A DNA stretch of 63,994 nt, filler included, from Stramenopiles sp. TOSAG23-3 (taxonomy: Eukaryota): NCBI GenBank assembly GCA_900128585.1. It is 5 parts of 5 records of this genome, joined end to end, with 100 filler letters (N's around TTAATTAATTAA, not from the genome) between each part and the next. Parts side by side here need not be neighbours in the genome. Positions count along the whole stretch, not along the records: positions 13,240 to 26,349 come from LT642641.1; positions 26,450 to 39,553 come from LT642642.1; 3 more parts are not named here. One strand, written 5' to 3'. Shown in pieces: positions 21,501 to 30,229 of this stretch; positions within the stretch are counted from its first letter, which is position 1; every line of letters begins with the position of its first letter. Position numbers and translations under genes: made by a program. Below the pieces are notes generated by a model. The model did not search any database and was not told the origin of the DNA. It saw only the letters and a program-made list of their open reading frames with translations.

Positions 21501-23404
21501 CGGTGTTGATGGATTTTATAGAAAATGAGGATCTGCCTCTGGACAACTACCCGTCCGACGAGAAAATGAAGGAAATAGAGAAGTTAATTGAAACATTTGA
21601 AGATAGAAACTACCGTTTGATGAAGCAAATTATGTGGTGTGAATGGAGAGAACGCCACGGTTTACCGCGAACGTCGATGAACCCGAATGCCACCTTGACG
21701 ACAGGAGAAGCAGGGGACTCGGAGAAGACGCCAACCGAGGTAGAAAAGCAGGCGCGGCGCAATGATCTTGTCCGCAGGCGTGTTATGCTGAGGCAATATG
21801 CCATTTTAGTGGGGCTTTTAAGGAATGAACCACAATTGCTAAGCTCTATTGGGTGTTCTCTGCCCGAAAAGGCACAGGAAGAATATGCAGCTTTGCTAGC
21901 GAACAATGTGCTTGGGTTGAAAAGCGATCCTTCGGTTGGTGATAATTTCCATAAAGTTGTCGACGCAACCGCGTTAAATCACTCAGAAGCACAATCTCTT
22001 CTTAGTGGCATTAGTGGGCGAGCTTCAGATCGCCATAAGGACGTGTTCTTGTCTTTGTTGCTTAAGTATCATGCCAAGAGACCCGAAAGCGTCGCGTTTA
22101 TCAATACAATCGTTGACAGTGTTGACTTTTTCTCTCTGGCAGAGGCCCAAAATTTTTCGTACTCCCCAAAGTCCATGGCCATGTCCAATCCCCGTCGCAG
22201 CTACAGCATAGTGACTATAGCACCGAAAAGGCTGCGATCTCCAGCAGCAAGACCATTGATAGGGGAAGAAGGGAAGGTCAAGCCTGGAATTCAAGGTGCA
22301 ATGTTGGCAATTCAAAAACTTTGCAACAGTGTTACACCTGGAGAAGTGTGTATGCCTCAGTCTGTTTTGGCGATATGCCAAAGTCTGCAAGACCACCCTG
22401 GGCCGATATCGGGCACCAGGTATCTCTTTGGCATGCTCCTTGCAGACGCCCTTGAAGCCAAAGCGGGGCTCCCTACAACCGATTCGCGGATTGGACGTCA
22501 CATGGTGGCCGCAGCGGGCCATGTGCGAACAATTACGTCCCCAAAGTTGTGGAATCACGCACCGCTTGAGTACAAATCAGAGGCAAGCAGTGCGCGGCAG
22601 GAGATTTTGTCTTTCATGGACAGGGTTGCCAAGGTAGACCAAAATATATTTAGTGCAACGAAAGCCATGCCGAATTTTGGAAACGATATAAAAGATAGAG
22701 TTGTTGTTTCCTGCTTTCAGTTGTATTTGCTTCACATGGCTATTCATCGATATTTAAATTTGCCGAATGCATTTCCGCGACCGGGCCCTGATGTTTTGAG
22801 TAGTTTGGAAAAACTTGGTAAACCCGTCCCTCTTCCAGGCACAGAGTTATGGGGCTCAGCCGAAAACCCTTTTACGGTTCTCGTTATCAAATCAGAACAA
22901 GACAAGGATAACGCTGGTATTGACGCTTACGCAAGCGCAAATTTGGCTGTTGGAAACGCAAAGCAATACATGGAACGAAAGGTCGCATCTGATGTGGCAA
23001 AAAATGTTCACATTGCACTTGAAACAACTCTGAAAGACATTCGGGGAAAAGTGGACAGGTACGAGGAACTTGAATTCATGCTCGAAGAATCAAAGTCGCG
23101 TACTTTGGCAATTGAAGATGTAATTAAGTCCCCAAAAAAACAGGCCCCTAAACTGGAGGATACAATCTCTGCCCGAAGCCCTAGAAAATTTAGAAAAATT
23201 GTGTTGGCCGAAAGTGCAGTGGACGGTAGTGAAGAAGAAAGCCCATCGGGAAAAATTGATAACGTATATTCAGAGGAATATACGATGCCCCTAAAATCTT
23301 TAATGTCGCCAGTCTTTAACCCTTTGCATTTAGGCAAAGGCAATGCCATACATTACATGCAACATAGTTCGCACAAGAATGCTTCCCGCAAGCCATTCAA
23401 ATAA
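18560..23404 (+). CDS. Multi-WW (13 repeats) + PH domain + degenerate RasGAP-related helical region
   Basis: 13 W..D..G+V(F/Y)YYN..T..(T/S)QW..P repeats; PH-like KSGHLRRK..WRT...EWITEI; YAILVGLLRNEPQLL. An in-frame ATG at 18416 is an alternative start. Confidence 0.85.
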   Translation: MASPASLPADWREMRDKATGKVFFYNTNTRITSWERPTEDAVSVGAGQEAVDSDQRQSSGSPGNNNKSAWISRTDPGSGKVYYYNSDSKVTQWERPEGFMEGPSQSSEEKEDSPTTETDWVEKVDPSSGRVFYFNKKTQKTQWSKPKLQANAPAAQREGHAGGATTSVEAGTAQSSVATAASNDPKASKSQNPAVGNWVEMQDKASSRKYYYNKSTKLTQWNKPEELANKEKSEEESTDGAKSSTTSSSQPAKQASEASEAIGWTEMKDKASGRVFYYNKTTKKTQWTKPDELGSGVASAGTAATTDSTAAWVAREDPATKRKYYYNTETKKTQWETPDELKKTARTPKSDSEKIVDKTGGTPTRQSAPESGKAKTRGDWKEMSDKSTGKVFYYNTVTKKTQWSMPDDAKNNAEQGEKTEGEAIAATSDWKKMSDKKSGKVFYYNKVTKKTQWTVPDEMAGGTHGKSEDGNDATGAKPSEKLRRRSVVLQELSSQWTEMKDPKSGKVFYYNKTTGVSAWNKPKVDTTTKKPSEPQAAKQQPAGTATKQKSETPAGASMTKKKANTTPETAKEGDGAAMDEELPAAWKEMKDKVSGKVFYYNKDTKKTQWTRPTGPNPTETEPKLKPGESAAPTEKVRRRSVVVQQLEDDWSEMKDPKSGKVFFYNKKTGKSRWKKPSNAGELKAKKEATESTAEKEDDTSSVSSRPSEKMRRRSVVLTEPSEPDSSHKDWTKMKDPKSGKVFFYNKKTGVSAWKLPKAKLKQAVAEVAKGKRGSTSPKKRKDKGKVVGDWMEKVDKKGRKYYVNKATRATQWDAPDGFHDTVVPEDASAVNVTKESPADAKTHAHANYTKNVMKSGHLRRKTDTGIWRTEFIHLTTSDLCLSSTGEWKNEKLIAIPMVDIKSVDLDVGEGTEFVVTFVPGNTVGVPASTTRVFFQGRSTKEAVEWITEIDRLTEYLQDSYASAKTVDDGGASKAFVPMSHTVLMDFIENEDLPLDNYPSDEKMKEIEKLIETFEDRNYRLMKQIMWCEWRERHGLPRTSMNPNATLTTGEAGDSEKTPTEVEKQARRNDLVRRRVMLRQYAILVGLLRNEPQLLSSIGCSLPEKAQEEYAALLANNVLGLKSDPSVGDNFHKVVDATALNHSEAQSLLSGISGRASDRHKDVFLSLLLKYHAKRPESVAFINTIVDSVDFFSLAEAQNFSYSPKSMAMSNPRRSYSIVTIAPKRLRSPAARPLIGEEGKVKPGIQGAMLAIQKLCNSVTPGEVCMPQSVLAICQSLQDHPGPISGTRYLFGMLLADALEAKAGLPTTDSRIGRHMVAAAGHVRTITSPKLWNHAPLEYKSEASSARQEILSFMDRVAKVDQNIFSATKAMPNFGNDIKDRVVVSCFQLYLLHMAIHRYLNLPNAFPRPGPDVLSSLEKLGKPVPLPGTELWGSAENPFTVLVIKSEQDKDNAGIDAYASANLAVGNAKQYMERKVASDVAKNVHIALETTLKDIRGKVDRYEELEFMLEESKSRTLAIEDVIKSPKKQAPKLEDTISARSPRKFRKIVLAESAVDGSEEESPSGKIDNVYSEEYTMPLKSLMSPVFNPLHLGKGNAIHYMQHSSHKNASRKPFK

Positions 23405-23733
23405 AACAATTAATCAATATGCTTGGAAAGAGTATTANNNNNNNNNNNNNNNNNNNNNNNNNNNNNNNNNNNNNNNNNNNNNNNNNNNNNNNNNNNNNNN
23501 NNNNNNNNNNNNNNNNNNNNNNNNACTAATCGATAATACCCTTGTCACTTAGTCTTAGCTAGATAATATGATATCAAAATAATTTGAAACACAAAAAAAT
23601 GTCTGTTAATTTAAGTAATGCAGTATGAAAATCCAAAATTATATATATCATAGTATGATATGTTTTAAGATTCTCATTTTAAAGTAGTATAAAATGATAT
23701 GATATTATATAGATCTATAATTTGTTTTTTCAT

Positions 23734-23787
23734 AAAAACAAGAAAATTGGCTGTTATTTATAAGTAATTAAATTTAGCTTCCTCATA
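23734..23787 (-). mobile_element. Short dispersed element copy (family A, reverse)
   Basis: Reverse complement reads TATGAGGAAGCTAAATTTAATTACTTATAAATAACAGCCAATTTTCTTGTTTTT. Confidence 0.7.
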
Positions 23788-23793
23788 TTTAAC

Positions 23794-23847
23794 TATTTTT
23801 TTAGTAGAGCGCGCTTTGACTTCAAAGCGCGCTCTACTAAAAAAATA
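23794..23847. repeat. Perfect inverted repeat (26-bp arms, 2-nt spacer)
   Basis: TATTTTTTTAGTAGAGCGCGCTTTGA-CT-TCAAAGCGCGCTCTACTAAAAAAATA. Confidence 0.9.
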
Positions 23848-24049
23848 TAATAAAAATAAAAAAATTTCTACGTCGTCTAGTTTGTGTAAACTTCTATTTA
23901 ACTTAAACGCTATTGCCTCTTCAGCATTCCAAGGCATGACTGGACAAAAGAATTGGGTTCAATACTCTTTGTTAAACCATAACAAAGCAAGTTTTTCCTT
24001 CCATTTGATTATGTTTTATAACCCCTTAAACATATGTATATATATTTAG

Positions 24050-24084
24050 TACAGAATAAAACTTTTCTTTATTTTTTAAGGCAT
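24050..24084 (+). repeat. 35-bp direct repeat, copy 1
   Basis: TACAGAATAAAACTTTTCTTTATTTTTTAAGGCAT, identical to 26007-26041. Confidence 0.9.
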
Positions 24085-24115
24085 TAAATACATATTTTTA
24101 TGCCACGTTTTGATT

Positions 24116-25528
24116 TTATGGTTTAGCTTCGACGGCTGGCTGCCCTGGTGCCACTGACTGTAGGGTAGGTTTAACTTTTTTTCGACTGTCATGTTTCTTC
24201 TTCACATAAAATATAAAAAAGAAGCAGCCACAACATGTGCCAAGCAAGAAGAAAATTATATAATATATCTGATCGGTGTTGCTGCCCCTTGGTAAAGTTG
24301 GTGCCATTGTTGTCGTTACAGTAACATTTGGCGTGCCTGAAGAATTGATAGCGACAACGTTTCCACCACTTGGTAAAGTTGGTGCCGTTGTTGTCGTTAC
24401 AGCAACATTTGGCGTGCCTGAAGAATCGATAGCGACAACGTTTCCACCACAGAGGGAGTTCAAACGGCGTCCTCCACCAGTCCCAGTCGTTGTGGTCGTT
24501 CCTTTGCACTCCACATTGATAGCCGCGTATTGGTTTGCCAAAGTCTGCATTGACAATTTCAATGTCTCATATTGCACATGCAACAGGGCTAAAGTATCAT
24601 TTAGCTTTATACTTTTTTCTTGTTCGAGTTTTAAAGTATCATTCAGTGCGGCATTATTTGATTTTTGAAGCGCCAGGGCATGCTCTAATGCGGCAACTTT
24701 TAATTTGAAAGTATTGTTCAAGGCGGCAACAATTCCTTGTTCAAGTTCCACAGTATTTTTCAATGCCGTAACTTCTGAAGTCAAAGCACCATGCTCTCCT
24801 TTCAAAGACGAAATATTGCTTTTCAATGCGACATGAGTACTTGTTACTGAAGCTCTGAGAGTCACTAGTGACGAATTTAACGCATTACTTTGGGGATTTT
24901 CGTCGTCGCTACCAAGTTCAACACAACTGGTACCTCCAAAGACCGAAATCTTCCCAACAGGACACTGAATACATTCAGTATTGCTTCCATTAATGGTGTA
25001 TTTACCAACTGCGCAAGGCGTGCATGATGAAGAGGCGTCGGTTGCACTGAAGTTACCATATTCACATGGAATACAGTTAGTCGCACCGGTAATTCCACTA
25101 TACTTTCCAGCTGAACATTTTTTACACAAAGTATCAGTCCCCCCAAGGCTATACCATCCAAAGTTGCAAGGATTACACTCGTCGCGACAAATGCAATTAT
25201 AACCACTATATCCACAATCCAAAGCATCAGTGCTTGCCCCATACGACGTCATTCGGAGCTCAGACCCTTTTATCGTACAGCCCCAGCGCTGATAACCATT
25301 ATTACTTGTCGTGGTGTATGTTATACCCATACTTCTAGCTTGATCTTCACACAGGTAGTTGTACACTACGTTTGTACATACACCCGTTGTTCGCACATTA
25401 CCTAGACCGCTACCTGCGTCACAGAGCGCAGCATTCACAAAGCAAGCGTTCAAATTAAGTGCAAGAAAACAACTGAAAACGATTTTCATTGAGTAAACGT
25501 TCGTGTTTTTCGTTCCTAACATAACCAT
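24116..25528 (-). CDS. Type I membrane/surface protein with Cys-rich (GCC2/GCC3, ephrin-receptor-like) repeats and coiled coil
   Basis: Signal peptide; C..C..G.YS..G...C repeats; heptad coiled coil; GGGRRL motif; Thr-rich stalk; TM helix IYYIIFFLLGTCCGCFFFIFYV followed by KKK. Confidence 0.85.
   Translation of the reverse strand: MVMLGTKNTNVYSMKIVFSCFLALNLNACFVNAALCDAGSGLGNVRTTGVCTNVVYNYLCEDQARSMGITYTTTSNNGYQRWGCTIKGSELRMTSYGASTDALDCGYSGYNCICRDECNPCNFGWYSLGGTDTLCKKCSAGKYSGITGATNCIPCEYGNFSATDASSSCTPCAVGKYTINGSNTECIQCPVGKISVFGGTSCVELGSDDENPQSNALNSSLVTLRASVTSTHVALKSNISSLKGEHGALTSEVTALKNTVELEQGIVAALNNTFKLKVAALEHALALQKSNNAALNDTLKLEQEKSIKLNDTLALLHVQYETLKLSMQTLANQYAAINVECKGTTTTTGTGGGRRLNSLCGGNVVAIDSSGTPNVAVTTTTAPTLPSGGNVVAINSSGTPNVTVTTTMAPTLPRGSNTDQIYYIIFFLLGTCCGCFFFIFYVKKKHDSRKKVKPTLQSVAPGQPAVEAKP
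24288..24450. repeat. 81-bp coding tandem duplication (27 aa x2)
   Basis: GGNVVAI(D/N)SSGTPNV(A/T)VTTT(T/M)APTLP(S/R) occurs twice with near-identical DNA. Confidence 0.9.
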
Positions 25529-26006
25529 TATTGTTGTATGAGCTTCTCAAACTTCGTTGACTTCCCGTGCTTCCTCTGTCCTGGTTTTGGAGTGCGAAAT
25601 ATATGAATCACTCACTACAAAACAAAAATACGTCCTCCTCCCCTTATTAATTAGATAAGCATTCTGTAATAATAAATATGTTTGTGTTAGACCTAAGTCT
25701 GAAGTCTGATATGAGTACCAGGAGTACTCTCTGGGTCAATATTCAATATTATCACCACAAAAAACTAAAACATCTTATAATATAGCAGCTAGTTGCACTA
25801 GTGCATTATTGTATACCATTATTATACCGCTACAAACTAGAACACATATTACTAGTACTATTGTTAAATTTACACGACCAATCAGTTAATAGAAAAACAT
25901 TTGTATATTAAAAGCAAAGTGAAAAAGGTAGAAGACATAGTACCAAGTAGAAATTCATTAGTAAATTTAAAAATAAAAAAGTAACTGGAAAATACAAGCG
26001 GTAATA

Positions 26007-26041
26007 TACAGAATAAAACTTTTCTTTATTTTTTAAGGCAT
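26007..26041 (+). repeat. 35-bp direct repeat, copy 2
   Basis: Identical to 24050-24084. Confidence 0.9.
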
Positions 26042-26349
26042 CAAAGCATTGCCTGAGATGAAAGCATTGAATACGCTTTGGTTGTATTCTAATCAAATTG
26101 GTGTTTATAATTTAGACTTTGGAGTTATGAATACGAGGAGTACGAGTAGTACGTAGGTTGTTATTGTACTTAACCGGTTTTGTGTCCAGAGGGGTGTGTA
26201 TGTGTGTGAACTTTTTTTTAATTAAAAAACTAGGAGGGAGTTACTGTTACACAAAATAAGATTGAATAACAAGGAAAATGGCGAAAAAACTTATTATTTT
26301 AACCAAAAAAAGTTCTCTTTTATTTTCACTCTACGCATTTATATAGGAC

Positions 26350-26449
26350 NNNNNNNNNNNNNNNNNNNNNNNNNNNNNNNNNNNNNNNNNNNNTTAATTA
26401 ATTAANNNNNNNNNNNNNNNNNNNNNNNNNNNNNNNNNNNNNNNNNNNN
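26350..26449. other. Artificial contig-join linker
   Basis: N-TTAATTAATTAA-N, 100 nt. Confidence 0.95.
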
Positions 26450-26648
26450 CACCATCTCTATCTCATCCACCACCACCTCCTTTGGGTAGAAGAAGAGATT
26501 ATTATGATGATTTTGAATTATTAACAACGTTGGTGGGTTCATTTTTTAAAAACTCCGTGTCTGTGTGTTTAGTAAAACAAGCCAAAGAGGAAATTAGTAT
26601 TGCTGTACGGGAGGGAGTAATTAAATTACAATTATTTTAGCGAGAGAG

Positions 26649-28367
26649 ATGGGTGAACATGTTCTGCTGTTAGTCTCTTTCTTTCTGGTCTTGGGGGTCT
26701 CTGCGGTTGAGAAAGGCAGGTCGTACGATGTTGTCGTATACGGTGCAACGCCAGCGGGAATTTCTGCGGCGGTCGCTGCTGCGCATGCCGGCCGTAATCA
26801 TGTTGCTTTGATTGAACCACTGGGCATGATCGGTGGAATGGGAGCTGCTGGTGGGTTAGCTCTGCACGATCAACAAATGGCTAATTTGACGATGATTACT
26901 GGGTTGGCAAAACGATGGGCTACCTACAACAGTGAGTATTACAACACTTCCATGCTGGTAAATCACCCTGATATGTACGTCGCGGAAGCTTCGTTTCAAC
27001 GGATGATTAAGGAGGCAAAAAGCATCGAACTTTTCACAAGCTGCCGCTTAACGAGTGCTACAAAAATGGGACCCAGGGTCTCTGCCGTTGGTGTATTGTG
27101 CAACAAAAAGGAGCAAAGAATCTTTGCAGGGAAAATGTTTATTGACGCTTCGTATGATGGGGAAATTATGGTGAACGCTGGCGGGATAGATTTTACGCAC
27201 GGGCGGGAATCTACGGCAGTGTACAGCGAAAGCCTGGCAGGCGTTCAGCGCGTCGGGGAGCCCCTTGAATCATTTGAGGGTCTGAACGTCTCGGCCACAT
27301 GGGAAAATAGGACCCTGTTGAAATATGTTTCGAGAGGCCCTGTTCCAAAAATTGGCAGTGGTGACGACAAGCTGATGGCATTTCAGCACCGGGCGTGTAT
27401 TACGACAGACAAGTCTCGTTCAACTCCTTTCCCAAAACCAGAGAGTTACAACGCGGACGATTTCCAACTGCTGCTACGCCAGGTCTACGCTGTGATGGGG
27501 ACGAAGAAGTACCCCGAGGGTCCGCCACTCGATTACTTCACCGATTTAGGAAACTACAGCCCAGCTGTGGCCGCTGCTGGACGAAACAAGTACATCCTGT
27601 GCTGTGGAACAGGCCCAGTGGATTCTGATCAGCCAGATATAAACCAAGGATGGGCCCTTGCCAACCATTCTCTGAGGCAAAGCATTATCAAAGCGCACAC
27701 GTACTATTTGCAGGGGTCGCTGTACTTCTTGGGGAACGACATTAATGTCCCAGAGTTTACTCGGAAAGATGTGGGGCGATTTGGTTTATGCGCAGACGAG
27801 TTTGTCGAGTTTGGAAACTGGCCTCCCCAATTGTACATTCGCGCAAGTGTGCGCCTCATCGGGGACGTGGTGATGACCCAAAACAACCTGATAGCCCCAC
27901 GAAGCAAAAACGATTCGGTCTCTATGGCATGCTGGGAGCTGGACCAACACACTATGTCCCGATATGCAGTTCAAGTGCAAAAGGGTGATGGGACAACTTC
28001 CTTGCAAGCACAGAACGAAGGATTTTTTCGCCATTCGATTAACCCTTCGGTTCCGCCAAATTCCACGGCCAAGATGAACCCGCATGACTTGTGGTACGAC
28101 GTTCCGTTCCAAGTCATGGTCCCAAAAAGAGGGCAAGCGTCCAATTTATTAGTTCCTGTTGCGTTATCTTCATCGTCGGTGGCGTTTAGCTCGTTGAGAA
28201 TCGAGACCATGTACATGGACTTGGGATCGGCTGCAGGGGCTGCTGCAAGGCAAATTGTGGAAGGGGGTCTACTCCATGACGTGCAGGACATTGACATTCA
28301 AGAAGTGCAGAGAGTCCTGAAGGAAGAGTTTAATCAAAGGATCCATGGCCCCTTTTGGGAGACGTGA
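26649..28367 (+). CDS. Secreted FAD-dependent oxidoreductase (FAD_oxidored family)
   Basis: Signal peptide; YDVVVYGATPAGISAAVAAA, FIDASYDGE, GRES..YSESLAG, WPPQLYIR, NLLVPVALSSS.VAFSSLRIE. Confidence 0.88.
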   Translation: MGEHVLLLVSFFLVLGVSAVEKGRSYDVVVYGATPAGISAAVAAAHAGRNHVALIEPLGMIGGMGAAGGLALHDQQMANLTMITGLAKRWATYNSEYYNTSMLVNHPDMYVAEASFQRMIKEAKSIELFTSCRLTSATKMGPRVSAVGVLCNKKEQRIFAGKMFIDASYDGEIMVNAGGIDFTHGRESTAVYSESLAGVQRVGEPLESFEGLNVSATWENRTLLKYVSRGPVPKIGSGDDKLMAFQHRACITTDKSRSTPFPKPESYNADDFQLLLRQVYAVMGTKKYPEGPPLDYFTDLGNYSPAVAAAGRNKYILCCGTGPVDSDQPDINQGWALANHSLRQSIIKAHTYYLQGSLYFLGNDINVPEFTRKDVGRFGLCADEFVEFGNWPPQLYIRASVRLIGDVVMTQNNLIAPRSKNDSVSMACWELDQHTMSRYAVQVQKGDGTTSLQAQNEGFFRHSINPSVPPNSTAKMNPHDLWYDVPFQVMVPKRGQASNLLVPVALSSSSVAFSSLRIETMYMDLGSAAGAAARQIVEGGLLHDVQDIDIQEVQRVLKEEFNQRIHGPFWET

Positions 28368-28414
28368 TTTTGTCCCGCAACTTGCAGCTTTTAAAAATGT
28401 TAAATAAATAAACA

Positions 28415-28472
28415 TTAGGGTACGACGAAGCTAAATTTAATTACTTAAATAACAGCCAATTTTTCTTGTTTT
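28415..28472 (+). mobile_element. Short dispersed element copy (family A)
   Basis: TTAGGGTACGACGAAGCTAAATTTAATTACTTAAATAACAGCCAATTTTTCTTGTTTT, flanked by ATAAATAAACA at 28404-28414 and 28473-28483. Confidence 0.75.
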
Positions 28473-29135
28473 ATAAATAAACAACCGATTTGATTTCACT
28501 TCCGCATTTTTTGCTCCTCTGTGATGTACCAATGGTAGTAGAAGAACCTCTATTCCGAATTTTATAGCACCACAGCACCACCACCGCAGCCTTTTCTTTT
28601 TTTTTCTTCTTTTTTCTTTCTTCTTCATCATTATATATAATTAATATCTTCTTCTTTTTTCTTCTTTCTTCTTCTTGCTTATTTTTTCTTCTCCTATTCT
28701 TATTATAATATATTACTTTCTTTCTTCTTTTTTTTGTTTTTATTCGACTGCTGTACTGTAGTATTATTAAAAATAATATATATTATTTATTATTCTTCTT
28801 GTTCTTGTTGTTCCAGCGGTAGTAGTAGTATGGTACGTAATAATAATAAATAATAATAGTGGTTTTTGTTCCACCATCCACCATCATCATCATCCATCCT
28901 CCACACCACCACACACACACAAAATATATTAATAAAATAAATAATAATAACGAAATAAAAATATTATTATTATTATATTTTTTTAAAATTAATGAGAAAT
29001 CGTTTTATGAAAGTATGTGAAAATTTATTATTGTTTTGAAAATAGTAAACATTGAACCAGGATAATTTATACAACAAAAAGAATTCAACCATAGACTGCA
29101 CCCCGTTTCCTACTTCAAAATAAAACTACCACACG

Positions 29136-29969
29136 ATGTTATTGTCAAGCCGAGTCCTACGCAGAGGGCTTGCCACCACCACCCGTTCCAGGCTGGTCAG
29201 GGCTTTCTCTTCTGTAGTTGAAGCTGGGGACAAAGTGTCCGTCCATTACAGCGGAAAATTGGATAGTGGGGATGTGTTTGATTCTTCAGAAAGTCGCGAC
29301 CCGATTGTCTTCAAAGCTGGAAAAGGCGAAATGATCAAAGGGTTTGATGCCGGGGTGATGGGAATGCAAGTGGGGGAACAGAAGACCCTGACCTTGACGC
29401 CAGAGGACGCCTACGGGGAAGTGCAGCAGGAAGCTTTTATTACTGTTTCAACCGAAAACCTTCCAGAAGGCGCAGAAGTTGGCGCAAAGCTGCAAGTTGG
29501 TAACGACAGTGGGCAAAGTAGGATAGCTAAAATCATCGAAATCGACGAGCAAGAAACAAAGCTGGACATGAACCACCCGTTGGCTGGGGAAACCCTTACG
29601 TTCGACGTGGAGCTGGTTGACATCACAAAAGCGGCCGACATTGGTTTGCGGGTAGAAACCATTGGAGAAGGCGACGGGACCAATTTTCCAAAGGTAGGGG
29701 ATAATCTTACGATGCACTATACAGGCACCTTAGCAGCTGACGGGTCCCAATTTGACTCGTCGCGTGATAGAGGGGAACCATTCCAATTCACCATAGGCGT
29801 TGGGCATGTCATCAAAGGGTGGGATGAAGGTGTGATTCAGATGAGCCTTGGCCAGCGCGCAAACCTGCACATTCCATCCGATATGGGATATGGGAGTACC
29901 GGTGCAGGCTCTGCAATTCCTCCTGACGCAGATCTTGTTTTCGACGTCGAGCTGATCTCGATCAATTAG
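29136..29969 (+). CDS. Double FKBP peptidyl-prolyl isomerase (SlyD/SlpA-type + FKBP12-type), probable mitochondrial presequence
   Basis: Domain 1: [35 protein letters not shown]. Domain 2: [44 protein letters not shown]. Arg-rich N-terminus. Confidence 0.93.
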   Translation: MLLSSRVLRRGLATTTRSRLVRAFSSVVEAGDKVSVHYSGKLDSGDVFDSSESRDPIVFKAGKGEMIKGFDAGVMGMQVGEQKTLTLTPEDAYGEVQQEAFITVSTENLPEGAEVGAKLQVGNDSGQSRIAKIIEIDEQETKLDMNHPLAGETLTFDVELVDITKAADIGLRVETIGEGDGTNFPKVGDNLTMHYTGTLAADGSQFDSSRDRGEPFQFTIGVGHVIKGWDEGVIQMSLGQRANLHIPSDMGYGSTGAGSAIPPDADLVFDVELISIN

Positions 29970-30062
29970 ACTCGTTGCATTTCGTATGAGAAAACAGCGA
30001 ACGAAAACTATCATTATTATGCAAATTGAACAAATAAAAAGTTATTTTTTTGTGTCATCAAT

Positions 30063-30132
30063 ACATTAATTTTAATTAACATAACATATGTTATCATAAC
30101 ATACTTAAATTATCAGCCAATTTTCTTGTTTC
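30063..30132 (+). mobile_element. Short dispersed element copy (variant 5' end, interrupted)
   Basis: ACATTAATTTTAATTA...ACTTAAATTATCAGCCAATTTTCTTGTTT, flanked by TGTGTCATCAAT at 30051-30062 and 30133-30144. Confidence 0.65.
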
Positions 30133-30229
30133 TGTGTCATCAATTAAAAATAAAATAATGGCTGTTAATTTATTTACGGGTATGATATAAAATGCCAGAG
30201 TTGCTTGAGCTGAAAAAAAAATAGCATTC

